Shown: piece after piece, positions 12,169 to 26,449 of the stretch
How the letters are laid out: every line of letters begins with the position of its first letter
Numbering within the stretch: position 1 is the first letter of the stretch
NCBI GenBank assembly: GCA_051294375.1
Contig: CM119265.1
Span: 25,320,297 to 25,384,296 of the forward strand
From: Paraspadella gotoi
Lineage: Eukaryota > Animalia > Chaetognatha
Length of the DNA: 64,000 nt
Direction of reading: 5' to 3'
Translations under genes and position numbers: made by a program
The notes under the pieces: generated by a model
Told to the model about the DNA's origin: nothing
The model's database searches: none
What the model saw: only the letters and a program-made list of their open reading frames with translations

Positions 12169-12287
12169 ACTTTCAAGGTCATGGTATTATTTTCGGTGAA
12201 AGGTCATTCCAAGACTCAGTTCAATATCTTTCTTTTTGACCCTCCTCTCCCTCCTGCGCTTTTCTTATCCCTTTGTCTTCAGTCTCT

Positions 12288-12364
<77 letters not shown>

Positions 12365-12608
12365 CCTTTCAAAGTCCAGCAAACTGTTAATAAAATTAGT
12401 CTTTTTTTTCGCTCGAATTCTTTTCCTTCTTCGCGTCAAAAGGCGACGCGACCAGAATAAACGCCAACGCAAAGACCACGTTAACTTTTTTAAGAAAAAA
12501 ATAAGAAACTTGGCTTTTGTTTCGTCGTCATCGTCGTCGCTTTGGTCGTCATCGTCGTCGTCGTCGTCGTTGTTGTTAGTGTCTTGATCGTCGCCCTCAT
12601 CGAGATTG

Positions 12609-12899
12609 GGGCCTTATTTTCCCTGAACGCCCCCTTTTATCTCAAATTCGGGTATGGGTTAATTTTTTTAATTAAAAATTTGGTTGGAGATTAGGGTTAG
12701 GAGTTAACTTAAAGATTAGATTAGTGATTAAGATTAGGAACTTTGTTTGTTAATTAGGGTTACTTTGGGTTAGGTTTATTTTATGACTAAGGATTAAGGT
12801 TAGAGTTAATTAGTTTAAATATATTTTTAAGCAAAATATTAAGATTAAAATTAAATTCTGGGTTAAACGATCAGAAATGGGGCACTCCAGGAAAAGACC
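12609..12899. mobile_element. Degenerate MITE-like element filled with TTAGGG-like repeats
   Basis: Imperfect TIRs GGCCTTATTTTCCCTGAACGCCCC / GGGGCACTCCAGGAAAAGACC enclosing degenerate TTAGGG/TTAGG units. Confidence 0.5.
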
Positions 12900-14284
12900 T
12901 TCTGACCTTTATCATTGTCGTTGTCATTTTCTTCGTCGTCATCGTTGTCCTCTTTATCTTCGTCATTCTTATCACAATCCTCATTGTCGTCGTCGTCGTC
13001 GTCGTCGTCGTCGCTTTCTTAGTTGTTGTTTCCCTTTTTTCTTTTGTCGTGAATCATGTAAGCGTTGTAACGCGTCGACGCGGTTGGGCGTGTCCGTCGG
13101 CCCAGTTCCTCATTTGAATATTTAAACAAAGGAACACAACACTTTATGACTCCTATTTTTTTCTCGCGCTCCCGACTTCCTGTCCTCCGCAGAAGATATA
13201 ACTCGTAGTTTTTTAAAAAAAGTTTTTAAAAAAGGAAAAGTTGGTGAAAAATTCAACTTTTCAACATGAAAAGTAAAATAATAATAATAAGTTCCTTTTA
13301 TACAATTGAAAAATTGTTTGTAAACGTTATACAACTTTATACCTTATACGACCTTATACACTTCTTTGATAGGAAAGCCCGGTAGTGAATAACCTCGACT
13401 GTCAGGGAGTTTTGATTGAAAGTTTGCAGAGTCCGGCTAGGTTATTTGCTTGTGAGAGTGACGAGGCCAAAAACCGCCAAAGCAGGTCCAAAGTCAGGGG
13501 CAGGTCAGTTTATTTATTGAATGAATGGATAATTTTATATTGGTCGTACCAATTTCATAACTATTTATTTGTATTTATTTATTTATTTATTTATTTATTT
13601 ATTTTCAATCTAACTCTACTTTTTCGGCTCAAAAAGTAATTTTTTTAAATAAAGTATTTTATTATAAAACAGAAAATACTTACCCTTTTTGTTTCTCCTC
13701 CAGAGTCAATGGGGTTGTCAAAATCCAGTTGATAAAAAAAAAATAAAGAAATTAAATTCGTTGGGTTCTCCCGAGATGTCATCCACTCGATGGGTCCATG
13801 CGTCGTTTTAGGCCCAAGTTTTTTTTTTTTCCAAAAAAAATATATTGTCGTTATTAATTGAATTAGTTGAATTAATAGAATTCATTGAAACAGATTAAAA
13901 CATACATCGGTTATGTCTCCTCGTAGAGTTCCTCTTCAGATTAATTTTCGTTTTAGAAGAATGGAATGATCAATGATCATTTCATCATTTAAGTTAAAAA
14001 TAATATCGGTCTCTCTTTAACTTGCAATCGAACCATTAACCTTTTACACCATAATAGATTCTCAACGATTCGTAAATCGAATTTCTGTATTTTCTTAATG
14101 CTTGTACTTTTTGTCAATCAATAACAATCAGAAGTACCTGTCTCTTATCAACTTCTATTCATGTATTTCAAATTTTATTATCTTTGCGTCGTCGTCGTCG
14201 TCGTCGTCGTCGTTCTCTTTCAAATTCTCTTCCGTCTCCACGCGCTGAGGAAGTAAATCCATTAATTCATCATTAACGATTTTA

Positions 14285-14384
<100 letters not shown>

Positions 14385-15736
14385 CTTAGTTCGGTACCTA
14401 TTTTTCATTCACCTATTTTCTTTCTTTCTTAATTTTTCCTTTTTTTCTAAGGATCCCATGCATGACGTCACGTTTCTCGATCTTTTTAAGTCTACGTGAT
14501 GAGAAACACGGAAATCTCATTAGAGGCTTTTATGAGAGGAGACGGCGCCTTGTGTCGCTTACTAACTGCCGCATCTTCTTTTCTTCTCTTTCGCTTTCTT
14601 TCTCTTTGTTTTCCTTTTTCTTTCTCTTCTCTCTCTACCTATATTTTCTTTCTTATTCTCTTTCTTCGAGTTTTACCTCTCTCTCGTTTCTTTTCATTTC
14701 ATTTCATTTCATTTCATTTCATTTCATTTCATTTCATTTCATTTCATTTCATTTCATTTCATATCATATCATTTCTTTTCATTTCATTTCATTTCATTTC
14801 ATTTCATTTCCTTCGTCGCTTTATCATTTTACTTCATTTCCCTCAAACGTAACTCTTTATTCCGCATTTTTCCTTTATATAAACATAATTTCAAAACATA
14901 GTATTCCCGATGAACCTCTCTACTGCAATTCTATACTTTAAGTTCTCATAATTTAAAAATTGTTTAGTTAAGAACCGAAATATTTTGACGAAGATAAAGG
15001 AAAGGAGTCGGGGTTCGAACCCGCAACCCCGTTCGAGTCGCTTTATAATAGAATCAAGTCTAAATAAAATTTAAAATGGGGACTGGAGTAACACAACAGC
15101 TTTCTTCACGAAAAGAAAAGATTTCTGTATTTAAAATCGTAGTAAACATGGCTATTCCTCACTCGTTTATGCTTTAGCAATACTTTTGAAATGTTTTAAT
15201 TAAAAGTATAAAAGATGTCAAGTAAAAGGACAAGGCACTTAGTTCTATGATCACGTTACGCTAACTCAATAACGTATAATTCAAGAGATTTTATTTTATT
15301 TTTACACAAGTTTATTTATAAATTAATTAAAAAATTTCGCGTAATTTTCCTTGTTTCTAGTACTTTAGCTAGCTTTTATTGTTTATTTCCTGTTGTGCTT
15401 AATTAGTCGTGAAAAAATCTCAAGATAATTAACACTTTATTGATTTCATTCTTCGAAGATGGCTGATCCGTATTTTATTTTCCTTTATCACTTTCGCTTT
15501 CGCCCGTTTGACTAAGAAACCAAATTAAATGAATAAGCAACGCGTAAATGATTTGATCATTTAATCCCGCATTTATATATTAGCGTCTCAGTATTTATTA
15601 ATTTATGAAATTTAATATTTTTTCAAAAAGAATTTATTAATCTATAGTTAAATTAAGTTTATCATAAAAAAAACAAAACGAAAATTGACTTCCTTCTTTG
15701 AAACCCCTTCTCTCACCTCGGAGGACTGCGACCCTC

Positions 15737-16246
15737 TGTAATCCGAGCATTCGGAGAGGCCGGCCCGGACTGGCTCTGTCGATCAATGTGTTCCGGGTTC
15801 CCTGCATACCATCGCAAGGGAATCCGCAATGGGTCGTCCGATGTTCCAACTGGAGGCGCGAACGTGAAGATCGACCAATTCCATCAGGTCGATCAGTTAT
15901 GGTCGGCTGATTCCACCAGGTCGACCATCTCGGTCAACTAAATCCATCAGGTTGACCAACTATCCAATATAATCTATCTTATATAAATTCCCTATCTTAT
16001 CGAACCCTACAACTATATAAGAATACCCCCCGTCTTTCATTAGTGACGTCTTATTCCGTCCCGTAATTTACTCCCTAAGTATATTAACAACTATCACTTC
16101 AAAACCAAAAAAGACCAAAATTGAGCATAAACAGCATAAACAGTAAAAACCCCCTTCTCTTGAGCACGGAAGGGTTCCAAATTCCGTTCGCTGCCTCCTC
16201 GGATGAATCCATTGCGGTTTCTCTAACATGGCGCAGGGAACCCGTG
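15737..16246 (+). mobile_element. LTR remnant followed by a tRNA primer-binding site
   Basis: Ends ..CTCTAACA (16228) directly followed by TGGCGCAG.. (PBS-type); upstream TATATAA (~16014) and AGTAAA (~16142); candidate TGTAAT start at 15737 (5' boundary uncertain); no gag/pol downstream. Confidence 0.55.
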
Positions 16247-17135
16247 TTGACATTGAGCGTCATCCTACTTGGCTGGGGTTTTTTTTTTTCATTTTTTATT
16301 CTTTTGTTTTTTGGTAATCCGCGGCTACGGTGGCTTGCAAAATAATATTACAGGACACTCCAAGATTTTACTCGAGTCGCTATTACTTTATTAATATCTA
16401 ATACTACTCAGTTTATTACCTCCCAGAGCACCCTACAGATGAAGTGGTAAATCGGACAAGTATGAGCTCGGGGAAACCTAGATTGCACTCCACATTTGCA
16501 TCAAAATACAAGCAGCTGCTTGATATGAAATTTGTACGTACAACCAATATATAGTGCCGGGTCGAGTTTAACAAAAAAGAGAAAGAAACGATGTATGTTT
16601 CAAGCTCCTTAGTTAAAAAAAGAACTCGGTCACAGACGGAAAAAATCGTCGAAACGGGGCAATAACCCGCGACTCATTTACATCCGGGTGTCGTTGAAGA
16701 TAAAGAAAATCCGGGTTAACGATGACTCTTTTTTTTTCTTTCTCTTTCTTTTTTCTTTTCTCTCTTTCTGATATCTCTTTCCCTTTTCTTTTTCTTGTTC
16801 TCTTTCCTATTTTTCCCTTTCACTTTTCTTATTCAAAATTCGACGTCGCGACTCACAACGATTCGTTTCCCTTTTTTTTCCTGTTTTTTCCTCGAACATC
16901 CGAAGCAGAGCGACCTCTATGTAACCGGGAAAACTTTCAAACGATGAGAGCATACATTTCTCTTTAGTTTTCAAAAAAAAAACGTATGTAACCGGATAAT
17001 CAGTAAGTCATTGTTACATCTGCTGAAAATAAAACTTGAACGCGTAACGGAGTTCGGTTTTATTGGCACGAGGAGCTGACGGGCTAATCTTCTTTTAATT
17101 AAAGGATATTTTGCTCGGGTTTATAAAATGGGGTA

Positions 17136-17170
<35 letters not shown>

Positions 17171-18261
17171 CTCTCTCTCTCTCCTCTCTCATCTCTCTCT
17201 TCTCTCTCTCTCTTCTCCTCTCTCTCTCATCTCCCTCCCTCTTCGGGAAATAAAGCTCGGAGTGGCAATTTATGATCCTCTTTAATAACCGGTTGATGGA
17301 ATTCACTCACCCATTGAGAATCCTGCCTCAAGCGTGACTGACCACATTCAATCACTCACCCTTTCCCTTTATTTTTACATTTCCCTTTTTTTTTCTCGTC
17401 TTTACCCTTTCAATCCTTCTTCCTCCCTTTCTCTTAGTCTTTCTCTCTATAGCCATCAGAAGTTTCCCTTTTAGTAGATATTAGAGTTTATCTAAATTTA
17501 ACTCTATTCCTTTTTCCTTTTGAATCTAATGTCCTCTGGCTTTTTCCTTTCCTCCTCTTTCTTTTTTTTCCCTTTTCTTCCTTTTCCTTTTCTTTCTTTC
17601 GCTTTCCTTGTGTTTCCTTCTTTTTCCTTTTCTTTCCTCTTCTTTCCTTTTCTTTTCTTTCCTCATTTTTCCTTTTCTTTCCTCCTCTTTCGTTTTCTTT
17701 CCTCCATTTTAAATCCCGCCCTTCTCAAGACTCAAGATGATTTTTTTTCCTTTCGCGGTTTTGGTTTCGTCTCCGTTATCGTCGTCGTTTTCGTCGTCAT
17801 CGTCGTCGTCATCGTCCTCTTTATCGACGTCATTACCTCCGTACTCTTTGTCATTGTCGTCACTTGTCCCTTGTCGCTTTCACTTGTCATCGATTCTTAT
17901 TAGTCAATGTTTATTATCGTCGAATTAATAATCGTTATAATCGTCATCTCAATCCTCATTTTCTTCATTTCTTTTTCATTTCGTCGTCGTCGTCGTCGCT
18001 GCTGCCGCCGCCGCCGCCCCTGGCGCCGCTCCTGCCGTCGCCGCGGACTCTGTTTGTTGTTATCGTTTGATGCCAACAAATTCCAGGCATTTATGCTTCG
18101 CTAATTCAGTTAATTCAGACGGAAAGAAAAGGTAGACGTTTGCGTCCCTGAGAGAAAAGTCGAGACGCCCAACGCCCTCCTGACTAAATTTACGCTCCCC
18201 CCCCCTTTCTCCCCCTCAACCAAAATCACCTTTCGCATCTCTTTTCCTTTTGCGTTGGTAG

Positions 18262-18547
18262 AAGGCCCAGGGGCTGTCTGAGCAGCCGAAAGGCCGAGGG
18301 GCTGTTGAGAGCCCGAAAGGCCGAACAAGGGGCTGTCAGAGCACGAAGCCAGGGCCCGAGAAGCCGAAACGCAGGGTGCGAACCCGTAGCAGATAGGGGC
18401 TTCGCGACGACAAGGCCGAGGGGCTTGACTCCGAAAGCCAGCGAGAGCGATAGAGCAGAGGGCGCTTTCCGAGAGCCCGAAAAAGGCCGAGGGCTGATCG
18501 ACGAAGCCCGAAAGGCCGAGGGGCTGTCGAGAGCCCGAAAGGCCTCG
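18262..18547. repeat. GC-rich ~27-bp tandem repeat (GAGCCCGAAAGGCCGAGGGGCTGTCGA)
   Basis: About 10 noisy copies, each with self-complementary segments. Confidence 0.8.
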
Positions 18548-19658
18548 GTCCAGAAGAAGGCTTAGTCCGTCGGTGAAGAGGTCAGATGAGGTCAGACTTT
18601 CGTGATGAGGGGCTGAATATTCGTTGTCCTTATGTTAAGCCTAAATACCTAATTAAAAAAGAAATAAAATATAATAAATTTGTATCCCGGCATCTTTCCA
18701 GGTTTACCTCGCCCATATTTCAGTCGAGACGCGAAGGCTTATTGAGTAAAACTAACTGCTCATGCACATTAGATTCCGTGATCGATCCATAACCCTGAGG
18801 ACGTGGGAAACCCTCAAACCATCCAAGCCCTGGTCATTTTCCGTTGCTGCCGAGTGGGTCGAGAAGATTATGAAAATAGTCTTCAGCCCTGTTTAACTTT
18901 AGAGGAGACTTTGTGAGTTTGTTTTTATCATCGGAAATGTTTACTTTTTTTACAAAAACAAATAAATTATTATTCATTTAATTCAGGGAAAGGGATCGAG
19001 AAAAAACTTTGGTCTGGAATTTGAAGGTTGTCGTCGTTTTCGTCGTCGTCAGTGACTTCGTCCTCTTCGTCGTCGTCGTCTTCGTCGTCGTCCTGTACGT
19101 CTTCCCGCTCTTTGTCTTCTTCTTCTTCGTCGTCTTCATCCTCTTAGTCTTCTTCGTCTTCGTCGTCGTCGTCGTATTTGTCGTTGCTGACTCGTCGAAA
19201 AGTCTGGAAATTCTGCGAGGAATATAATTGAGGAAATTTCCTGAGGTCAATCGATGCATCGGCACAACGAAGAGGGAATAGCAGAAAGTGTTTAAAAGGG
19301 ATAATCGTCGCTACGAGGAGGAAAAGGGTGATGGTGTTGGAAGGAATCAAAATCCATGTGGAAAAATTAAACAATTCTAATTTTGATTCATGTTTGTGAA
19401 CTTCTGTAAGTTTGTGAGAATAAACGTTAAACGAAAAAAGAAATTAAAGTAAACAAAGATAAAGAAGATGAAATTCAAAAAGAAAACATAAAGAAAAAAC
19501 AAATTCATTCCCAACACGCGGGAAAAATGAAAAAAAAAAAAACTAAAAAATAAAAAGAAAGAAAGAAGAGAAAAAGTTAAAAAATGGCGAAAGGAAAAAA
19601 AATACGAGAGAGAATAAAACCGAGTTGTCTCGTTTAAAACTCATTTCCACATGGAGGT

Positions 19659-19712
<54 letters not shown>

Positions 19713-20835
19713 ATTGGAATCAAGGTTTGAATTTGTCTCCCTCTCATTCCTGTGTGGGAAAGTCTTGTCGGGTGTAGACTGTAGTCTTCAAGGACGGCGT
19801 CAGCGTTGGTGACTTTTGTGCGCTAAAATACGTCGTCCATATCGTCGTCGTCGTTGTCGTCGTCGTCGTCGTCGATTTGACTCATATATGAAATCAACTT
19901 AGAAGATGGTTTCCTTCGCAGCGTCTCTAAACTCAGAGATAAAAACTTCCACCTTCGCTTTTCATTCTCCTTTTCTTTCATTTTTCTTTTTTTTCTTTTA
20001 GTTTCTTTCATTTTCTTTCATTTTCTTTTATTTTCTTTCATTTTCTTTCATTTTCTTCAATCTTCTTAGTTCTTACATTTTCATTCATTTTCTTTTATTT
20101 TCTTCTATTTTCTTTCCTTTTTCTTTATTTTCTTTCATTTTCTTCCATTTTTTTCCATTTTCTACTATTTTCTTTCATTTTATTCTCTTTTCTTCCATTT
20201 TCTTTTATTTTTCTTTATTTTCTTTCATTTTCTTTCATTTTTTCCATTTTCTTCATTTTCTTCCATTTTCTTTCAGTTTCTTCCATTTTTCCTTATTTTT
20301 TTTCATATTCATTCATTTTTCTTTATTTTCTTCCAATGTATTCCATTTTTTTCTTGTTTTCTTTTTATTCCATCCATTTTCTTTCCTTCCATTTTCAACT
20401 TTCCTCTTTCTTTTTTTTCTTCATCAGACGTTTGTCATTCCATTCCTTCTACTCTTTTCCTTTATTTTTCTATATTTGTTTAATTTCCGGTGAAATTCTT
20501 TTTCTATATATATTGTTTGATTTTAGATAAATATTATTTTTTTCCATATTACTGCGTATTTTATTGTTTACAAAATCTATTTTTCGTTTCTTGTTTCCTT
20601 TTTACTCATTGTTTTCCCATCTCTCCTTTTCGTCTCCCGGACTAAAAACGGGAATTAGATTTTTCTAGAGAAAAACAAATAATGGATTTAGTTTTTTTGT
20701 TTTTCTATTTCTTTTTTTAAATTTAATCCAATCGTAAAAAAAAGTGTGGAATCAGCTAGAGAGGGAGAAGATTGGAAAAAGTAAAGAAAAACATTATATT
20801 GAAGGGCGACAGTTTTTTTTTGGCGGGAAATAAAG

Positions 20836-21041
20836 TTGTATGGCAACGGAGGGACATGTGTGATACCTGGGGTGTGAGGCAACTCCCGAGAACTGGCGCT
20901 AAGGGCTTTGGACCTGCAGTGACCACCCCATGTCACTGGCGTGTTTATGCCGACACCATCACACTTTAACCCGGATTGAAGCCGGAACTCACGGTTGGGG
21001 AACGAGTACTGAGCTGTCCAAGCCAATGGGACGAGCTGAGT
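20836..21041 (-). mobile_element. tRNA-derived SINE family C, copy 1
   Basis: Reverse-complement homolog of 45855-46067 (shared GCCAGTGACA..GGTCACTG..GGTATCACA..CCTCCGTTGCCATA) with a degenerate A/B-box head. Confidence 0.7.
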
Positions 21042-22110
21042 TTCACCAAGCTATACGGGAGGCAAATTTAGGATTCGCAACAGTTGAGTGATTGGGTTCG
21101 GACTATTGAGTCAAGCAGACGAAAAGTTGTTGAGAATAAGTTTACGGGAGAATTTTGTTTAAAGTTTGTGATTGTGAATAGCGATTTTTTTTCGGTGAAA
21201 AGTTTATTGGATGTGAAATCGGGTGAGAAAAGAGGTTTTAAACTTTAATTGGAATTCGCGACGGTGAAAGCGGAAAAAGAGAAAAGAAGAAGAGGAGTGA
21301 AAATGAGGAAAGAAAGGAGGAAAAGTAGAGGAAAGGAAAGAAAGTATATAAAAAGAAGGAAAAGAATAAAAATGGAGGAAGTAAAAGAAAGGAAATAAAA
21401 AAGGGAGGAAAAAGAAGAGAAATAAAGAGGGAGGAAAGAAAAAATAAATAAAAAGGAAAGTATAGATACAGAAATGAAGGAGAAGAGAAAAAATTGAAAA
21501 GGGAGGAAAGGAAATAAAAATATCAGAAGAAAAAAAGTTATAAAAAGGAAAACAAAATTAATATTGAAAACAATAAAGTAATAATATTGTAAAAAAGTAA
21601 TAATAAAAAAAGGGAAAAAATATACTGGAAAAATAGAAGAGAAGAGGAAAAAGAAATAGAGAGAGAAAAAAGGTGTCAATATGCTGGGGAGGCGTGAGAA
21701 GGGAAATCGAGAATTGAATTGAGAAAAGAAAAAAAAAAAATAAAAAAAAGGAAATATACAAAGAAGCTAAAGGTCAAAAGAAGAGGATGAGAAAAAAAAA
21801 CGTTTGACTCCGAGGAAACGAAGAAGAGAAAAAAGAACAACAACAACAACAAATATTCTGAAAGATGCGAATTTCGACGCCATTTTTGTTTGTCTGCTAT
21901 TTTTTTTTTTTTTTAATAGTTCGGAGAACCATAGGAAGGCAAAAAAAGGACCCCGAATAATCACTTACGTTTATAAATAAATATACACGTAAATAAATGT
22001 TTACTCAGTATTCATTATTTATTGGTAGGAAAAATTAAAAATATAAATTAATACTATCGGGCACCAAATATTGTTATTCTGACAAGAAACAAAAGACGAT
22101 GGAAGAGAAA

Positions 22111-22156
<46 letters not shown>

Positions 22157-24649
22157 CTTGCTCTGCTTCTCTCTCTCTCTCTCTCTCATCTCTCTCTTCT
22201 CTCTCTCTCTCTCTCTCTTCCCTTTTTTTGTTCGGCAACTGTTGGTCTTCTTTTCCGAAAGCCCCTTATTTCAGCTTAAATTCAAAATCAAAGATGATTT
22301 TAAGATTTGATGAGTAGGTTGTGGATTAGTCTAACTAATTCTCGTGAGTTCAAAATGATTTTCAAATATGAATCATATCAGTTGTCAAAATTTAAATATG
22401 AATATGAGTTAAAATACGTTCGTAAGTTAAATTTAAAAAAAATATCATTGAACTTTAAAAAAATATATTTTAAGTATTTAAATTTTAACAGGATGAATAA
22501 TCGTTGGAAGAAGCGACGTCGTTCGTTCAAACATTTTTTTTGCTTTTTTCTTTTTTTTCTTTTTCTTATTTTGTAATAGTTTCACGCGCGCGTAATTAAG
22601 CCGGTACAATTGTAATTTTCAGCCTGGCAGGCGGAATAACCGATTGATAAAAAATCTCAATCTCTCTTTCTTTCTTTCTTTCTTTTTCTTTCTTTCTTTC
22701 TTTTCTTAGTCTTTTCTTTTCTTTCTTTCTTCTTCTTTCTTTCTTCTCTTATTGGTCTTCGGTTCTTTCTTTTCTTATCTGTTCTTCTTTCTTTCTCGTC
22801 TCTCTCTCTCCTCTCTCTCCTCACTCATCTCTCTCTCTCTCTCTCTCCTCTCTCGCGACTCTCTCTCTCTCTCTCTCCCTCCTCTCTTCTCTCCTTTTCG
22901 TTGGACACGTGACATTGACAGCTACAAATTACAGCGCCTCTGGCGTTTGCTCCATTAACTTATTCCTCATGATTAAAAATAAATTAAATGTACCCAAGAC
23001 GAAAATAAAAAAAAAACAAAAAGGCATCGGCGCTCAATTATCGAAAATAGACTTCAAGCTTTTAATCAGTTTTTATTTACTGCAAAGTTGCATCGTAAAA
23101 AAAATATCGTTTTCCGAACAAAAAAAATTAAAAAAAAATAAACTGAAAACCCGGTATAAATTTTCTTTAAATTAGTTTAGAGTTCTTAAATTTTAATTGG
23201 ATTCTTACTCTGATTAAACTGCAAAAGCGTTCAAGCCTAATGGAGTTTCCACTCGGTGGTATTTAATAATACTTTTTTTAAACATTATTATCAAGTTCCG
23301 TTCTTATTAAGCGAGAGACTGCGAGTGCTAAGAATTTCTTTGACATTGATAACAAATATAAAATTGTCTATAAAACCGTATAATTGCAAATGTAACTAAA
23401 CAAACATTCGTATAAAAGTTGTAAAGAATTTTGTGAATAATTATTTGCTTGAATACTTATTATTGTTCTCCACATGACTCAACTCTTCGGGGACCGAATG
23501 AAATCAAATTAAAAAAAAAAACATTTAGTTCTTCGCTCGTCTGCGACTTAAGCTCAGTTTTGATTGAGCGTTTACTCCCTTAAATAGAGGGGACGGGGTA
23601 CAAGGCGGCTGTGATGAGGGGTTGAGAAGTGAATTAAGGGGATGAATGAGGAAGGGGGGAAACTAATTTCTCCCCGCGAGCTACGAAAAGAGTCGACGCC
23701 ATTTTTTTTTTTGACGCTCGATTTATGACGAAGAAATAAAAGAGCAACGCGAGTTTTTACTCAGTTGATTTTTATTTCCGTCGTCGTCGTCGTCGTCGTC
23801 GTCGTTTTTATTCCGTTTTATCTTCTCACTCTAACTTGTAGATGTTTTTTTTTTCATTCCGGGTTCTTCGAGAAAAGCGTTTTTGAGTCGACGTTTTTGA
23901 AATTTCCTTTCCTCCCTTTTTTTCTTTTTCTTCTTTTTCCTCTTTTCTTTTTTTTACTCCACTTCTCGTCTTTTTTTCCTTCCTTTTTTCTTTTTTTTCT
24001 TTTACCTCTTTTTCTTTTTTTTGTCCTTTTTTCCCTTTTTTCCTTTTTTCGAATTTTAATTCCTTTCCTCCATTTTTCTTTTCTTTCTTTTTCCTCTTTT
24101 TTCTTCTTTTTTCTTCTTTCCTTTCCTCTTTTTTTCTTTCCTTTTCTTTTTTTTCCCTTTTTTGTCCTTTTTTCATCTTTTCTTTCCTCCTTTTTTCTTT
24201 TCTTTCTTTTTCCTCTTTTTTGTTCTTTTTTCGTCTTTCCTTTCCTTCTTTTTCTTTTCTTTCTTTTTCCCTTTTTTTGTCCTTTCTTTCTATTTCCTTT
24301 CCTATTTTTTTTCTTTTCTTTATTTGTTATCTTTTGTTGTTTTTTTTGTCTTTCCTTTACTCCTTTTTTCTATTCTTTCTTTTTCCCCTATTTTTTCCCT
24401 TTTTTGTTCTTTTTTCGTCTTTCCTTTCCTCCTTTTTTCTTTTCTTTCTTTTTCCTCTTTTCTTTCTGTTTTTGTCCTTTATTCGTATTTCTTTTCCTCC
24501 TTTTTTCTTTTTCTTTCTTCTTCTCTTCGCTTATTACTTTTCGTACTTCTCACGTACGTATCTTTTATCTTTTATTATTTCCATTCCTCTTTCTTTCTTC
24601 TTCCCACTTTCCCTTTCTCATTTCTTGCGTTGCCTATCTTCAACAAATC

Positions 24650-24759
<110 letters not shown>

Positions 24760-26449
24760 ACGATAACATCGGATGAAGAAAAAAAAAGTCTCGTTCAACG
24801 TTTAACGCTCAACATTTCTCGTTATTTCAATTCCCCACATTTTTTTCCCTTTTTTATCCTTCCGTTTTCTTTTTTTATTTTTCTGTATTTTTTGTTCCTC
24901 CATTTTTTTTCCTCTTTTTATCTATTCTCCTTTTCCTTTTTTCTCCTCTTTCTTTCCGCTATTTCTTTTCTCTTTCTCTCTTATCACTTTAGATTTATAT
25001 GCCCTCACATTTCTATTTCTTCCACCCCCCTCACTGTATTCGTACAACTTCCATTTTCAAAATTATCCCAATTAGTTCAAGAGCGAAACAAAGTCGTTCT
25101 GCATGAATTACATGAGAATTATTTACTTATTTCAAAATTTAATAAAAACCTTTCAAATCCAGCTGTAAAGGTGTAAGGTCTAAGGAGTTTCTCTATTTTA
25201 TATGTTCAATAGTTCAAGAAGGTTTACGATATCAACGCAGGAAATGGATGGATAAAAAACAGCAAAAAAGCCAAGCGAGACAAACTACGATCAGATGCTT
25301 CTATCCATTTCATGCTGAGATAGGAAATTGGTACAACCAATATAAAAATCATCCATTTATTTAATAGATAAGCCATCTTGTCCTTGATATTGGACAGGCC
25401 TTGGTGGTTTAAGGCTTTNNNNNNNNNNNNNNNNNNNNNNNNNAAAAAGAGAGAGAGTAAGTGGTGTGATTAAGCTGAATATGACAGTTTTGATGGAATA
25501 GTTTGAATAGGAAATCAGTTAAATAAAAAAAACAAAACGTGTTTTCAACATAATTGATAATGTTTTTTTTTCTTATTATAATTAAATGTATGTATAGATG
25601 TATTACATTAATCAAATAATTAATCAGTGTGAAATTAAATCAAATAAGTCAAATTAATTAAATAAATATATAATTAATTATCAGTGCAATTAATTAATGA
25701 CAAACAACACTTTTTGGGGATCAAAATAATTAATATAATTGGCCAAATTAATTAATTAATTCACATTTTTTGAAATGAATTAATAAATTAATTATTAATT
25801 TACATTAATTAGCCGATAATGCATGCGTGGGCAGATGCCGTACATTTGTTTGCTTAAACTTGTGTTACGATCAGACAAAATTGAAAAGTCAGAAAACTTA
25901 ACACTAAGAATTATGCATGTGTTTAGTCTTATTACCACTTATTATTGTAGCTAGATCCGACATTGTTTGCGTGCAAACAGTTGTTTTTTTTGCTAAATGC
26001 AAACCTTAGATTATTTTTATTCTTCAAAAGCGATTTGCATTTGCTTTCACTTCTCTCAATTCAATTAGGCGCTATATATTAATACATTGATATAAAAAAC
26101 AATTAGGCGACGAGGGTTATATGAAACATTTTCAAGTTGTTTCACAATAAGCAACTGGCTCAAAACATCTTAATAAAACACTTAAAGCACGTGAAAAATG
26201 TTCGAACTTCCGGCGGCCGTCTGACTTTTCCTTACACATTTCAAAGCATTAAAAAATAAGCCATGATATTCGCTTTCTTCTCGTATCAACGTTCCGTCAT
26301 GAATCGGGAAACTTGAGACTGCGATGTCGAAAATCTCTGCCTTCGATTTGTTTGATATTTTGTTTGTTTTGGCCTCCAAACAAATTATAAAGCGATAGCT
26401 AGAGCTCTTATATACATTTATTTTGTACAAATTTTTATGAAAATCATTT

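Noticed and set aside
15009-15031. GGGGTTCGAACCCGCAACCCC tRNA T-arm/B-box fragment
   Set aside because: Isolated ~20-nt match without the rest of a cloverleaf.
18262-18565. rRNA fragment or Arg/Ala-rich CDS
   Set aside because: Strictly periodic ~27-bp repeat with no recognisable rRNA motifs.
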